Of a stretch of DNA of 64,000 nucleotides, positions 25,291-37,880 are shown piece by piece (position 1 is the first letter of the stretch; each line of letters starts with the position of its first letter). The notes beneath the pieces were generated by a model. That model searched no databases and was not told where the DNA came from. It was given only the letters and a program-made list of their open reading frames with translations. The stretch covers positions 49,602,001 to 49,666,000 of the forward strand of contig NC_045696.1 in NCBI RefSeq assembly GCF_009834535.1, given 5' to 3'. Position numbers and translations under genes: made by a program. The stretch is from Camelus ferus. Taxonomy: Eukaryota.

Positions 25291-26703
25291 TATTCAAAAT
25301 CTTATATTGAGATGAAATATTTATTATTGGCTCATACAGCAACAACATGCAATTTGTAACACAATGGTCTTTGGGGGCAGAGAACTTGGGGTCTCTGTCA
25401 ACCAGGGAAGGGCAGAGGAAGTCCCAGTTTTGTCACTCTCCCTTGTTGGATTTAGGCTGTAGCCACAACACGTCAGCAAAAGCATCTCAGGACAGACATT
25501 GCTAGGCAGTCTCCATTTCCACTAGGTCAGGGTTAATAATCATAACACATCTTGCCTTCATTTGCACATTGCTAACCCACACTCATGACTGAATTCTTCA
25601 GTATGTCTGCAGTGAATTAAAATAAGACCAGATAACAACAGAAAGTGCTGAGGGAAGCTCTTTTGAAATTTAAAAGCAGTTTCCAGAAACAGAAACCATG
25701 CTCACATTTTAAAAATTCTTATTTGATTTTATTTGGAGGTGTAAGATGGACTCCAGAGACCCTTCAAACCAGACCTAAGTGTCAGTGAATTTTGGTTGAG
25801 ACAAGGAAAATGTCCTTCAACCTCAGATGCTAATACAGGTCACATCAACCATCATTTCCATTTTCTGGCAAAGCTCAATAAAATTGCCCACTATTTTTCA
25901 ATTAGGAAAAGCAGTATCTCAGGTAACAAGGCTTTTGTAGCCAACGAGCAGTCTTGGAGTCATTTTTACTAAAAGTTATATTTACACAGGTATTAAACGG
26001 CAGATTTGTGTTGGACTGGGGACCCATTTTATACTGCTCTCTGGAGAAGGAACTAGAGAGAAAACCTTTCACATTTTCTTGTTTCTGCGATGTGCGTTCA
26101 GTTTAGTTTTCCCATTGAGAAAACTGGTGGGACCGGTGAGCCTGGGAGGCAAAGTCTGAGTCAGAACTTACATTACAAACCTGAAGCAGTGATTTTCCCC
26201 ATGTTCAGCTTTAGTTGCTTCACCCTCTGTTACGAATCTCAGGCAGGGTGGGGAGGAGAGAGGGGGAGAGGGCACACTTGGCTGGTAACACTATTGGGAA
26301 CCTTTAAAACTAAGCACATTTGGAGACTCCAACCCCAAATATGCAATTGTTCAATTCAACCTAGAACCACAGTTCTGTTAAACCTTATTTTTCTCTTCTG
26401 CATAACAGTAACTTGAAGCTAATTATCTGGAGTGGAAAATGAGCAAGTGGTTCCAAAAACAGACAGGCTATGCCTACACATGGGGGTGGGTAAAGCTCAG
26501 CGTCTCCTCAAGCACATCGATTCAGAAAGGAATGGACGTTGTTGATGAAATTTATCACACACGATGGGATGCGAGCAAATCCTTCATCCTAAAAAGGACA
26601 GAAATCCAGAAGGGAGTGACTCGGAAGAATGAGTCACTAGCAGCTGTTAAAAATCATAGACCTCTATTCTTGATTTAACTCTCTCCTTTATCTACCCCAG
26701 GGC

Positions 26704-26887
26704 CAGTGTTTCTCAAACTTTAGCCGCATCAAAATCAGCTTGTGGGTTTGTTAAAACACGATTACTGAGCCCCACCCTCAGAGTTTCTGATTCAGCAGAT
26801 CTGGCCAGGGGCAGAAAGTTCACATTTCTTGTGTTTCCGGTGATACTGATGAGGCTGGTTGGGGATACTGAACTATAAGAACCCCTG
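26704..26887 (+). mobile_element. MER5A-type hAT-Charlie element
   Basis: cagtgtttctcaaactt ... gagtttctgattcag ... ggtgatactgatg ... agaacccctg. Confidence 0.82.
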
Positions 26888-27164
26888 CTCTAGGTAATAC
26901 CTGTTTCAGAATTGGTACCTGAGGGGCCAAGACTAGTTTATTTACCTGGAAAACCAGCCTAACATTTCTGAAAAACAGGTGCTTCCATGTTAACCTGAAA
27001 GGGGCACTGCTGAAAAAAAGAAATAATAATAGGATGAGAGGTCAAAGGAACACACTGTCAATGAACTGATGTCTCTATCCTGCCTGCCAGGTTCAGCTCA
27101 GGACTGGAGCAGGTGGGTCAGGGCCAGCCTGTCCTTGGGGAGGCAGGATAAGGTATGAGTTCAT

Positions 27165-27385
27165 CACTCCCAGACTAGACTTAAATTTGAGACCCAAGTT
27201 CACCACTTCAGGTGATAAGCTTGTTCAAGTCAGTTACTTAGCTTTTCTAAACTGCAGTTTCCTCAAATATAAAACCAGAAAACTAATACCAGTGATCTCA
27301 CAGAGTTGGAAGGATTAAATGAGATGTTTAGAGAGCTTTAACACAGTGGCTCAGGAACAAGGCCTCACTAAATGCTAGCAATGCT
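27165..27385 (+). mobile_element. MIR SINE
   Basis: cagtttcctcaaatataaaa, ggattaaatgagat, taacacagtggct. Confidence 0.7.
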
Positions 27386-28244
27386 GGCAATAAGCATTGT
27401 TTAACAATACTGTAAGTAGCATTATTAAACCATTATCACACCATTTTTACTATTCTCAACAAGCTTTGAAGTGTTTGTCTCATCTTCAGACATTGGAAAC
27501 TGCATCACCGAGAAACTGTTTTGCCCCAGGGCATTTTCAGGAGCTCCCTGAAGTCATGCCCCATGATGTCGCTGCCATGAGCATCCTTCTAATCGCAGAC
27601 GTCTAAGTGTGATCTGGTCCAGACCTTCTGGACAGCCCTCCCCGAGAACCTAGCCACACTCCTCAGGATTAAAGGAGGAGGTGTATTATTTCTTCAGGCC
27701 CTCCTGGAGACTCTGCCTGCCTTTTCTGGCCCACGTACTGCTATGTGTAGTTTGTGTCTGAAATGGAAAATTTCTGTAACACAATAACCAGCTCTGATCC
27801 CTGCAGACTCTCAAGTATTTTTTTTTTTTTTTGGTTTAAGTTAAACTATGACTTCATGTGCAAAAAAAAAGCCTCACTTCCCAGTGCCCACTTTTCTGAA
27901 AAAGTTAAATTGCCCGCTCTTTTGATGCAGGAACATCCCTGTGCTAGCCCATCTTCTTCTCCTGTGCCCCTCACCCAGCACTCCCCCAGGCACCCCCGAG
28001 GAAAGACAGGAGAGCATGGCTGCCTTTAGATTTATGATCTTGCTTGAAACTGGGTATGCTGGCCAAGCAAGCAACGGAAACCACGGACTTAGAGGTTTCA
28101 CTCATCGACTCACTTGCATTCGTCTCTCCTAGAGCACCAACCCTTCACAAACACTGTCTGATGCGAGCCTGGAGCAGGCAGAAAGTACAACAGGTTTTCT
28201 GATAAGTCACTGAGTGACTTACCTCTTTGACAGCCTGCTCAGCT

Positions 28245-28500
28245 CTCCGTGTACTGCACGGGCTCTGGACCCAACCTTCTGGCTTTGGTTCCCAGCTCCT
28301 CCCCTTACCAGCTAGCCGGGTAGCTCTGGGCCGGTTTCTCAACCTCTCCTGTGTCGTCATTTCTTCATCCATAAGTGGGGCTTGACCCTCCACTGTAAGA
28401 TTTGACAAGGGATGAGTTATGTCATAAATTATTAAGTGTTTAGGAGAGTTCTGGGCACATAATAAGCTCCACATATGTTGCTATGATTACTGTTACTACT
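28245..28500 (+). mobile_element. MIR SINE
   Basis: cccagctcctccccttaccagct, aacctctc, ctgggcacataataagctcc. Confidence 0.75.
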
Positions 28501-28574
28501 TCTACTGCAAGGAAAGGAACAGTTATGGCTATATTTGCTAAAAAAAAATAATGCCTAAATAGGAAGCAGTTTGG

Positions 28575-28800
28575 GGTTCTGGTAACGGCACAACTTTGGA
28601 ATCAGATAGACTTGATATGATCCCTGACTTTGCTGCTTAAGTTGTATGACCTTGGACAAGTTATAAGCCTCTTTGAAATCCAATTTTGTTTATAAAATAA
28701 AGATAATAACATCTACCTGATAGAGTCACTGGGAAGATTCAGTGAAGTCATGTTTGGGAAGCAGTTGGCCAATGGTCGGCAGCCAGGGAATAGTGGTTAT
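28575..28800 (+). mobile_element. MIR SINE
   Basis: ctttggaatcagatagac, tgtatgaccttggacaagtta, gataataacatctacct. Confidence 0.75.
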
Positions 28801-29199
28801 TATATGGTAAACTGGTCGCATAAACAAAGAAACCCACTAACTGCTGAAACCACTTACAACCACCCTGCTTAATACAACTGACTAAAATCATTCCAACATC
28901 TAAGATTCTTACAACACATATATGTAGTCAAAGAAGGCAGGGTAAATAGTCTTTTGTAAATTTTTCTGTCTCTGGTGGTAAACTTGGTTAGCTGTCTGGA
29001 TTTATAAATTACTCATCACCCCTAACCCCAAACCAGCCTCCCTTCTTTATCAACCCCATTTTTGTCCCAGACTAGGCATATTGATATGGGATCTTGCCAG
29101 ATTTCATAAGGAAACTATGATGACAGTGCTCCCCTGACCTCCAGCAGATGTGACCTTTTGTGTTATGAAATGAAGATACTTGAGGCAACACAAGCAGGA

Positions 29200-29900
29200 C
29201 AGCTGCCTTGCGCAATTCCAGCGGGCACTACTCCTACCACATCGGATTAAAACTGTGCTCCAAGGGGTGCCTTAGCGGAGCATACAAGAGAATGGGCGCC
29301 TCCTGGAGTTGTGCGCCAGGGTAGCTCCAATACCAAAGCACAGGAAATCAAGCTCACTTGCTCGGACTTGGGCTCTACTCAACTCCCCTTCCCCTTACTT
29401 TTCATCAGTCCAACTTTGTCTTCCAAGCCTTCATTTATCCTCGCTTAGTGAGAACGTACTAATCCCCAGGTGATATAATCCAGGGGAGTTGTAGAATCAC
29501 CGATGCGGAGAGTTTTCCGAGAGTTGAGAGGCCTACACAGGTCATCAGGCCGACACCGCCCAGTGCCCCAGGGGAACAAGCCAGCGCAGTTCCCATTTAC
29601 CCTTTATCAAGAGGAAAAAACAATTTCCGGCAATGGCTTCCAAGGAGAGTTAGCTTTTTATAAACTCGGTTCTCACGGAAGGAGAGTGAGGGGAAGCGCA
29701 GGCGCGAAGCCTCTTCGCCCTGGGCTCCCTCCTCCAGCACCTTTGTTTGGAGCGCCTTAATGTGACTAACGGGTTTCCTGAAGATGCGGGAGAAAGGCGT
29801 GATGTTGGCGCGCAAGGTGCGCCGAGGAAAAAATGGATGAACCCAACACCGGTGCAGGGAGATAATGCGAAGTTATAATTCCAGGAACCCTAACCAAGCG
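29200..29900. promoter_or_regulatory. CpG-enriched, non-repeat, promoter-like island
   Basis: Roughly 30 CpGs in 700 bp by manual count against a depleted background. NRF1-like GCGCAGGCGC 29696-29705, CGGAAG, E2F-like TTGGCGCG, and a TATA element at 29654-29662. Confidence 0.45.
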
Positions 29901-30644
29901 GCTGGTTTTGTGCTTTTATACTTCCCTTCCCCCACCTTACTCACTTCTTCCACAATAAGATTATAGAAAGAGCTCTTTAGAGCTAGAAACTGTCCACAAA
30001 GCTATCTGGTCCTAAGGCCCTCGGTTTTCCGATGCGGAAATGAGTGCCAGATGTCAGGCAGAACAAAGCATCCAGGAAAGGCCATCGAGAAATCACTTAT
30101 GCTTTCAGCTGCCTTTTAAAGGAGAGAGAAATGTATTCAGGTCAGAGTAGGTGGTATTGTAAAGTCTGTTCTATATATAAAGAAGATAAGGCTCAAAAGT
30201 AAATGGTGATGTATCTTCTTTCCTGGTTCTTAAACTACTCTGCTGGGTTTGGCAATCTATGGAGACATAAGAGTTGTGCTGACCAGAGCCAGCTCCCTGA
30301 GAATTAAAGCTGATAGGTGGGCGGGAATGCATGGATCCACTCTGAATCTTGAGAGGGAAAAAAGCCCACCTCCAATCAGTTAAGTGGAATCCACTTTAAC
30401 ATTGCGTCGTTGCTGTTTTTTCCCCGTGCGCGTGCGCATGCACACACAAACACTGCAAATGGAAAAAAACAGAAGTCTGGAATCAGAACACCAGGCTTTT
30501 AAATTTAACACCAGTGTCATCTTTCTCAATTTCACATTTTTTTCTTCTGTAAATTAAGGATCATTATGTTTTTCTCATCGCACTGCTGTACAGATCAAAT
30601 AATAATAGTAATAATGAAGCGTAACTGCTTTGTAAACCAGGAAG

Positions 30645-30795
30645 CAGTGATTCTTAAATAATTTGGTTCAAGGACCTTCTTTAAAATGTGATAAATGCTA
30701 AAGAGCTTCATGGAAATTCCCACATGTAGATACAACATCTTTCATGTAATTTCAGGGTTCACAGAGTGTCTGAAGACTCCCCACTTAATACCTGC
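30645..30795. mobile_element. hAT-Charlie (MER103C-like) remnant
   Basis: cagtgattcttaa start, catgtaatttcagggttcacaga. Confidence 0.4.
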
Positions 30796-30864
30796 TCTAA
30801 AAAGTGCTCACCAAATGTAAACTATTCCAGCCTGTATTGCAGTATTTTCCTGACTTGGCATAAA

Positions 30865-31020
30865 CTAGGACGAGGCATTCATTTATTTGATAAACCCATA
30901 CTGGGCTCTTACTAGGCACTGGGGGCTGCAAGGGCACAGATATCCTTGGAGAACTGAAGCAGAAGTGTCCCTTCACATGCATTGTATCAACTGAGAAGGT
31001 CACCTCACTAAGGCATCTGG
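30865..31020 (-). mobile_element. L2 3' end
   Basis: cattcattt...ctaggcactggggg...tcccttcacatg. Confidence 0.55.
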
Positions 31021-31459
31021 CCTCAAAGTCCCTGTCTCGTTGCTCCGGTCAGATTGAGAGTAGCAGTCACCTCCGATTTGAGATAGGGGATCCGTGTACA
31101 AAAAGGTCAAGGGATTTTCCCGGGTCTATGAAGGTGTTCTTTGCCCCAGAACTTGATGCATCAAAAGACAAGCAGAGGGGAGCTGTGTTCAACTCTGGGT
31201 GAACACAACTCCTTGTAATTCTGGGATCTCCTGCTCTGAACCTCTCATGCCAGCGAAAAGGTACCTGTAAACATTTTCATTCTGCTACATTCCACTAAGT
31301 ATACCTCTTGTAGATTGTTGCTGCCAAACTAGCAAATCAAATATTTCTGGTGACATAACTCAGAATCAGAAACAGCCATATTCACTATAAGCAGAGAGAT
31401 TTTTGGTTTTGATTTGTTTGTTGGTTGATTTGGTTGGTTGATTGGTTTTAAATTCCTGC

Positions 31460-31640
31460 AATCCAGGGTTTAAATCACTCTACGACTTTCTAGTTTGGGG
31501 AAGCATAAGAAATGTATTTTCCTTATCTGAAAATGAGGAGAATAATTGTGACTACATTTAATTGTTGTGAGATTAAATGAGATATTTTACATAAAGTGCT
31601 CAATCTGTGCCTGGCACTTAGTGAAATCTCAACAAATCAT
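31460..31640 (+). mobile_element. MIR SINE
   Basis: tttccttatctgaaaatgagg, gagattaaatgagata, gtgcctggcacttagt. Confidence 0.7.
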
Positions 31641-32400
31641 TGATTCCATTCTTACCAGCTCTATCCTTAGCTATTGTCACAGACCCATGGGTTTCACCAG
31701 CAATGGGAAATAAGTTTTGTTGTAGCTGCTGTTTTCCAAAATATCATTTTTAAAAAATACGGCCACTGACTTGCCTGTAGACATGGTAATTTTGGAATGA
31801 CTTAGGCTTGATTTTCTAAGCTCCAGACTGAAAGATCTATGAGTTGGGTTGTATGGGGAAGCAGTGGGATTTGGGAAGAGCTGGTGGGATATGCTAAAGG
31901 ATGAGGACAGGAAGGTAAATTTGAAAAGAAGAATCAGAAGGAGAGATGATTGACCTGACGGGGAGTGCCTGAAAGACAATTAGGAAAAAGCAAGAGTAGA
32001 GAGCTGCAGGTGGGCCCATTTTCCCCTGTTAGCAAGGGCTTAGGGAAAGAAGTTGTGTTAGTAATTTGCGTAGTGTCTAGGCAGATAATCTCATTTAGAT
32101 TTTGACTGGAACCGAGTTGCAGGAATACAACAGAATTTCTGCATGGAGCAGAATCAGGAAATGATGCCACATGTTGAGGAGAACGAAGAGATTTTAACGT
32201 AAAATCCCTTTGAGTCAACCTGGATTCAGTGGCTGAGTTACCTGCATATACATAGCTCGTAACAAATGTTTTTCTCACTGAAGTCAGGTTATTATCTTCT
32301 GTAAACCAAAGACTAAGGTTATGATGCATCTTCAGAGGAAAACAATGAAAGAGGCAGTTGGTGAGAGCTCTGGTGTTAAAAAGGTGACCTTGCAGGGGGT

Positions 32401-32556
32401 GGGGGAGGCAGGTATAGCTCAGTGGTAGAGTGCATGCTTAGCATGCACAAGTTCCTGGGTTCAATCCCCAGTACCTCCATATACAGACATACATACATAC
32501 GTACCTAATTACCTCCCCCACCCCCCAAAAATAAAAAATAAAGTTAAAAAAAATTA
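32401..32556 (+). mobile_element. tRNA-derived SINE (vic-1-like), long form
   Basis: tatagctcagtggtagagtgcatgcttagcatgcacaagttcctgggttcaatccccagtacctcc, then an acctaattacctcccc segment and an A-rich tail. TSD-like aaaggtgacct / aaagatggcct. Confidence 0.92.
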
Positions 32557-34679
32557 AAGATGGCCTAAACAGGACCCTTCCTTCTTTTAGACCAAGCCCT
32601 AACCCATGAATGAAAACTATGGAACTCATCAGCCACAAGGATTCAGGGGCAGTTGGGGAACTCTGGAGAGCTGCCTGTCCACCCATCAGCTGGCCAGTCA
32701 GCCCCCCGCCCGCACCCTCTGCTCTAGCCACAAATACATGAATCACCACCACAGCAATGTTAAGGGACCTATGCCGAATAAAGGTCCATACAACTGCCGG
32801 GGATTTAAATGTCTTCCTGCAAACCCTCATCGCCCCAAACCACCTACATTCCTAGAGTTTGCTCTGCCTTGCCAGCTTCTCTTTTGCATTGTCCAGCTGG
32901 GCCTACGTGCAGAGCTCCTCTGAGACAATACGTCGGTTCATGTCTGGAATGCTTCAACATACCATGGAACCAACTCCCACTCACATTTTCGCCAGAGGAA
33001 GAGATTCACAAACACCCAAGGAGCCCTCTGGCAGCCAAGGAGCGATTTCTTGAGTCTTTAATTCCAAACCAATGAAAACAATGCCTTCAGTGAACGGCTG
33101 CCTCCCTTTCACCTCTGACCCGTGAGTGTTGCCAGATGGAAATTGTTAGTGAAGATCCACATGTAACAAGACTTTTATTTATGACCTAAGAGCACACTCA
33201 TCAGTAACCCCATGGGCGGGACTTGTTTGGTGCAGAAATGATCTCAATCCTGTGTGTGAAGCCCTACGTGTTTGGATATGGCTCAGCCTATGGAAGAGAG
33301 AAAAACGTGTTCCCTTGAAGTTCCTCAACCAAGCACCTAGGCTGAAAGGAGGATGGGGAAGCCAGTCCAAATTCTTAGGGCCAGCAGCCTAGGAGGGAGC
33401 CCAATGCCCAAATAAATATTTTCACTTCAGTCCAAATCCTTGCTCAGCTAAGCTGTCCTCCCCATATTCCGACATCCCCGAGATGATAAAGACAAGCTCT
33501 TTTATCTCACGAGCCACTGCCAATCAACTATTCATCATCTGCCTTTCCCCAATTTGAACATTTTGTAGCTCTCAATTAAGATTTTGTTGGAGTCCTATCA
33601 ATATATTCCCCATAACAGCCAAAGTGCCAATGGCACTGAGGCATGTTCAACATCAGGGGCAAGGATGTTAAAGAATGGGATTCCTCGTCTCCGGGATGTC
33701 CCAGGCTGAAAAATGCACTTGTGGAAACTGATGGTAGACTCTTAGGATTCTGGATGAGCAATGCTGTCCACAGCCTGCTGCTTTAGTATGTTTCCCATCA
33801 ACCCCCTGTGTTTCATTCCATCTCGAAGCTGTATGATCCTTAGCTGCTCTGTTCCAGTAAGTGTTTGGGCAGATGGATGTAAACTGATGAAACACAGATG
33901 TTTACAGAGACAGAGATTAAGAACACTGCCGGGTTGGGTCTGTTTGACTAGTGATTGCCACAGTATCTCAGCAGTTTAGAAGATAAAGATAAATTAACCC
34001 ATGAAATCTATGACTGAATTCTAGTTATTTTATTTTTTTTAGCCTCTTATAGAATTTTACAGAACTTACCTCACTTTTCAGTATTCCTATATAGTATTTT
34101 AGAGAAAGAAGAAGAATCATCAATTCATAAGCGGAAAACTGAGGTAATGAGAAAGACAGACCAGAGCCACACAGTTGAAAATCACTGGTTGCAACCAGAG
34201 GCTTATGTTTTCCTCAGTAGAAGGTGCTTCCTCTGGGAAAGGTTCTCATTACATCATCAATGTTTTTTTCCAGATACCAGTCTCCTTTGGGATGTAGAAA
34301 CTCTGTCTGAGGAAACATTTGTCATCCCTCAGAAGTATTTAGATCTTTGTTTTTTCTCCTGTTTTCCCAGTGTGTGTATATATTTGGGAATCCTTTTCCT
34401 TAGTGATTACCAATTAGTAAGACTATGAATTTAGTTCGACATTTATCTGTTACTATTTTAATGCAAATTAAGTGGCTGTCCTCTGAGATTCTATGACTTT
34501 AATACTATTTTTTCCCCAGAAATAACAATTCTTTTCGCTCAGCACACTTGCGCTTGCGCGCGTGTGCGCGCACTCACACACACACACAACAGGTTATAAG
34601 ACTAAAAAAACCCAGGGTACAATGTACAAAATACTTTAGCTTATGCTATTATAGGACTACTATGACAGAACTTATGTTA

Positions 34680-34780
34680 CTGTACCCATTTCACAAATGG
34701 AAAAACTTATTCAGAGATACAAAGTGACTTGCCAATATTACATGGTTCTTACATCACAAAGATAGAATTGGAAACCTAGT
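34680..34780 (-). mobile_element. MIR core
   Basis: cccatttcacaaatggaaaaact...aagtgacttgcc. Confidence 0.6.
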
Positions 34781-35161
34781 AAAAATCTGACATCTCAATC
34801 CAGGAACTTGCCAGTATATGCTGTGAGGCGCCTCCTGGAAGAAAAGCAAAGGGAGGCAATAATAAAACTCCTGGTCCCAGTGGGCCGGTCAAGGATCTGA
34901 GCACCTAGAGCCAAGAGATCAAACAGTTATTGACACAAATCCAGTAAGCCAGGGCAAAGGTTGGCAAGGGGGCTTGGTGTGGGTGAGCAAAGAAATGGAG
35001 CCCAACAGCCTCAAGGCACCCAGAACCTTCCTGCAGGGCCCATCACACACCTGTGTGCGGAGATCTCTTTTTTTGATGGCAGTTCTGGAACAGCTCAACC
35101 CATTCAGACCAGGGTCTTGGCAATCCAGGGCCTTGAGGAAGAAGATGCTGTGTGAGGTAAA

Positions 35162-35604
35162 TGTATCCGTTTGTTATGGCTACTGTAACCAAGGATCACA
35201 GACTGGGTGGCTTAAACAACAGAAATTTTGTCTCACATTTCTGGAGGCTAGATTTTCAAGATCAAGGTTTAGGCAGATTGGTTCCTTCTGAGGGTTGAGG
35301 GAGAATCTTTTCCATGCCTATCTCCTTGGCTTCCAGGGGTTTGCTGCTAATCTTTCGTGTTCCTTGGCCTACGGTGCATCACCCTGATTTCTTCCTCGTC
35401 TTCCCATGGCATTCTCCCCAGGTGCATGTCTGTCTCTGTCCACAGGCCCCCTTTTATAGTGACATCAGTCACACTGGATTAGGGTACACCTTAATAACCT
35501 CATCTTAACTTGACCATCTGCAAAGAACTATTTCCAAATAATCACCTACACCACAGGTGCTGGGAATTCAACACCTTTGGGGGAATATAATTCAGTTCAT
35601 AACA
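35162..35604 (-). mobile_element. MaLR solo LTR (MLT1C-like)
   Basis: TG...CA ends, gggtggcttaaacaacagaaatt, ggattagggtacaccttaataacctcatcttaact. Confidence 0.88.
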
Positions 35605-36863
35605 GAAAGGAAACGTTTCTCCTCAGAAAACATCTCCTAATCCCAAAAGTCATCCTTGAATTTGGTTTTACCTGCCTCAAACATAATGATTAGCCATCTT
35701 TTTTATAAAGATAATTTTTCTTTCATGTTAAGTGTTTTTTTTTAACTTTGTGCATTTTAACAAATGACCCTTTGAATTTGGTATCAGATACCCTCATCCC
35801 TGAAAAAAGATAAATGCTCTACTAACAAAGAAGGCCACCATCATCATGAGAATTCAGTACTTCTCTCTTATTTGAACTATTCACATTGCCAAGGACAATA
35901 AATATACTTTAAAAGGCTCAAAATCTACATTATTATTACTTATTAATTGTTTATTATTATTATTATTAAAAGGAGACCCTGGTCAGAAGAAAGTCTTTTC
36001 CAATATGATACTGGAAATTTCTACAAGTTGTATTTTCAAAAGGATTTAATTCAATACTTCTGATAGATTTTTTTAAAAATAAATTATCTTTATAGTAAAA
36101 GAAAGTTTTTTTTTTAAGGGAGGGAGGGGAAAAGAGAAGGATTAGAAGGAAGAAAAGAGGTAGAAGAGTAAACCCATGAAAGGGTGTAGCATATAAGTGA
36201 TGAAGAATGCAGGTGTCTGTGTCGGTGGGTTAACCTCAAAGCTGGAAAGCTTTTTAGAGCTCCGTCTGCTGTCTGTTCTGTGGGCTGATGGGCGATTAGA
36301 TCAGCCTGGTCCTAGCTCGACACTGGGAATGACATGCTTCTTATAAAGTTTGTGCCAGGAACCCAGCCAAGTCTAACATCTCTTTTTCATTTAAGTTAGC
36401 ATTTTTCTTGGTTCAAATTCACAGGTAAAAGTTCCCTCCAGAGAACATCCAGGGTAGCTTTCTTCATCAAAGGGCTTACCTCTACCCTGAGAACTTTTGC
36501 CTTATATATACACATACTTCAGGGAAAGACAGGATTTCATAAATGAAACACCTCCCAGAGCCCCTCCCCACACACTCCCTCCACAGCCCCACAGGTCTGC
36601 TCCCCTGGAGGGGGGTGGGGTGTATGAGGAATGCAGAGAGATGAGAGCTCTTGGATGAGGCCAAGGAGCCCTCCTCTCTTCATCCCACTCATGCAAACCA
36701 AACGCTTCTGATTCCCAGCATATTTTTCCTGGGCTTAAGCATAGAAGCAAACAATGCAGTAAACAGGTAAGAAGCTATTTTTTTTTCACTACAAGACTTA
36801 AATTTGTAAAGGTCCGAGATGAGTCCTTGATACAAGAAGACAGCAGGAAGTTCAATGCTCTGA

Positions 36864-37060
36864 CAGTGTTATTCTCAGTATAGTCCGAGAACTACTTTTA
36901 GCCCAAACACCAGCAAAGCTTGTTAAATAAAATTAACGGTGCCCCAGGCTCTGCTCCAAACCAACATAATCAGAAATTCTTGGCGTGGGAACTCAGGAAT
37001 CTCATTTTTATCAAGTTTCCCAGGTGCCTTCCATGCACATTAAAGTATGAGCTCCACAGT
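36864..37060 (-). mobile_element. MER5-family element, degraded
   Basis: gcttgttaaa, aatcagaaattcttgg, aagtttcccaggtg...tgcacattaaagtatgag. Confidence 0.6.
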
Positions 37061-37264
37061 GTGACCCAAATGCACACGAGGACAGCCCAGGGTTCTGTGC
37101 ATACGGGTCCCAGTATGTACTTGAGGGTCCCTCGAGGACTGATAAAATCAGCCTTTCTAGAAAGCTGGATTTTAGATAGGGTTTTTCTTGACTCCTGGTA
37201 TCTTTGCAAAATGTGTTTCTGCACCCTGATGTTTTCTGCTGCACTTCGAAGATCGTATGTACCA

Positions 37265-37397
37265 TTGGATTATCATGAACTGTTTACCTGAATTTCTCCT
37301 TCAGTCAGAGACAAGAGCTTATTATTTTTATGCCTTTATATATCTCTTGCCTGGCAGAGTGCCTGCTTAATAAACCTTTGTTGCGTAAATAAATAAA
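37265..37397 (+). mobile_element. L2 3' end
   Basis: tgcctggcagagtgcctg...aataaacctttgttg...taaataaataa. Confidence 0.5.
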
Positions 37398-37554
37398 CCT
37401 AGCTGCTTTCCTTATCAGAAAATTAGCAAAGCAAAGGGTTTCTGCTTGTTGTTAGTAAGTTACTGAGATTTATTGCAGAACGGGTTTAATATCAGGCCAG
37501 GTCTTGTTGGATCTTTAGCTTTATCCCTAATATCCTACAACAGTAGCGTTTCAT

Positions 37555-37697
37555 GGAAAAGAATCTAAAAAGAAAATGCATATATGTGTGTGTATATGTA
37601 TAACTGAATCACATTGCTGTACACCTGAAACTAACATTGTAAATCAACTACACTTCAATACAAAATTAAAAAATGAAAACCAAACAAAAACAAAAAC
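37555..37697 (+). mobile_element. Young, heavily 5'-truncated L1 3' end
   Basis: gtataactgaatcacattgctgtacacctgaaactaacattgtaaatcaactacacttcaat plus A tail. TSD cagtagcgtttcat (37541-37554) / cagtagggtttcat (37698-37711). Confidence 0.88.
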
Positions 37698-37880
37698 CAG
37701 TAGGGTTTCATTACAAATGCTGCCACCACCATCTCTTGAGTCAGAAATTTGATTATCCACCCTCCATTCACTCCTCAGTGGAAAAGCTATGCTTAACAGT
37801 GGATAGGGTAGCCAGAAGGAGCCAAACGGGCCTAAGTAGAGAAAAAAAGTGAAAATAGTGTTTAGTGTAGTTTATATATC

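Noticed and set aside
32401..32480. tRNA-like sequence (also at 222, 21900, 49362 and 54700)
   Set aside because: These are SINE heads with A tails and TSDs, not tRNA genes.
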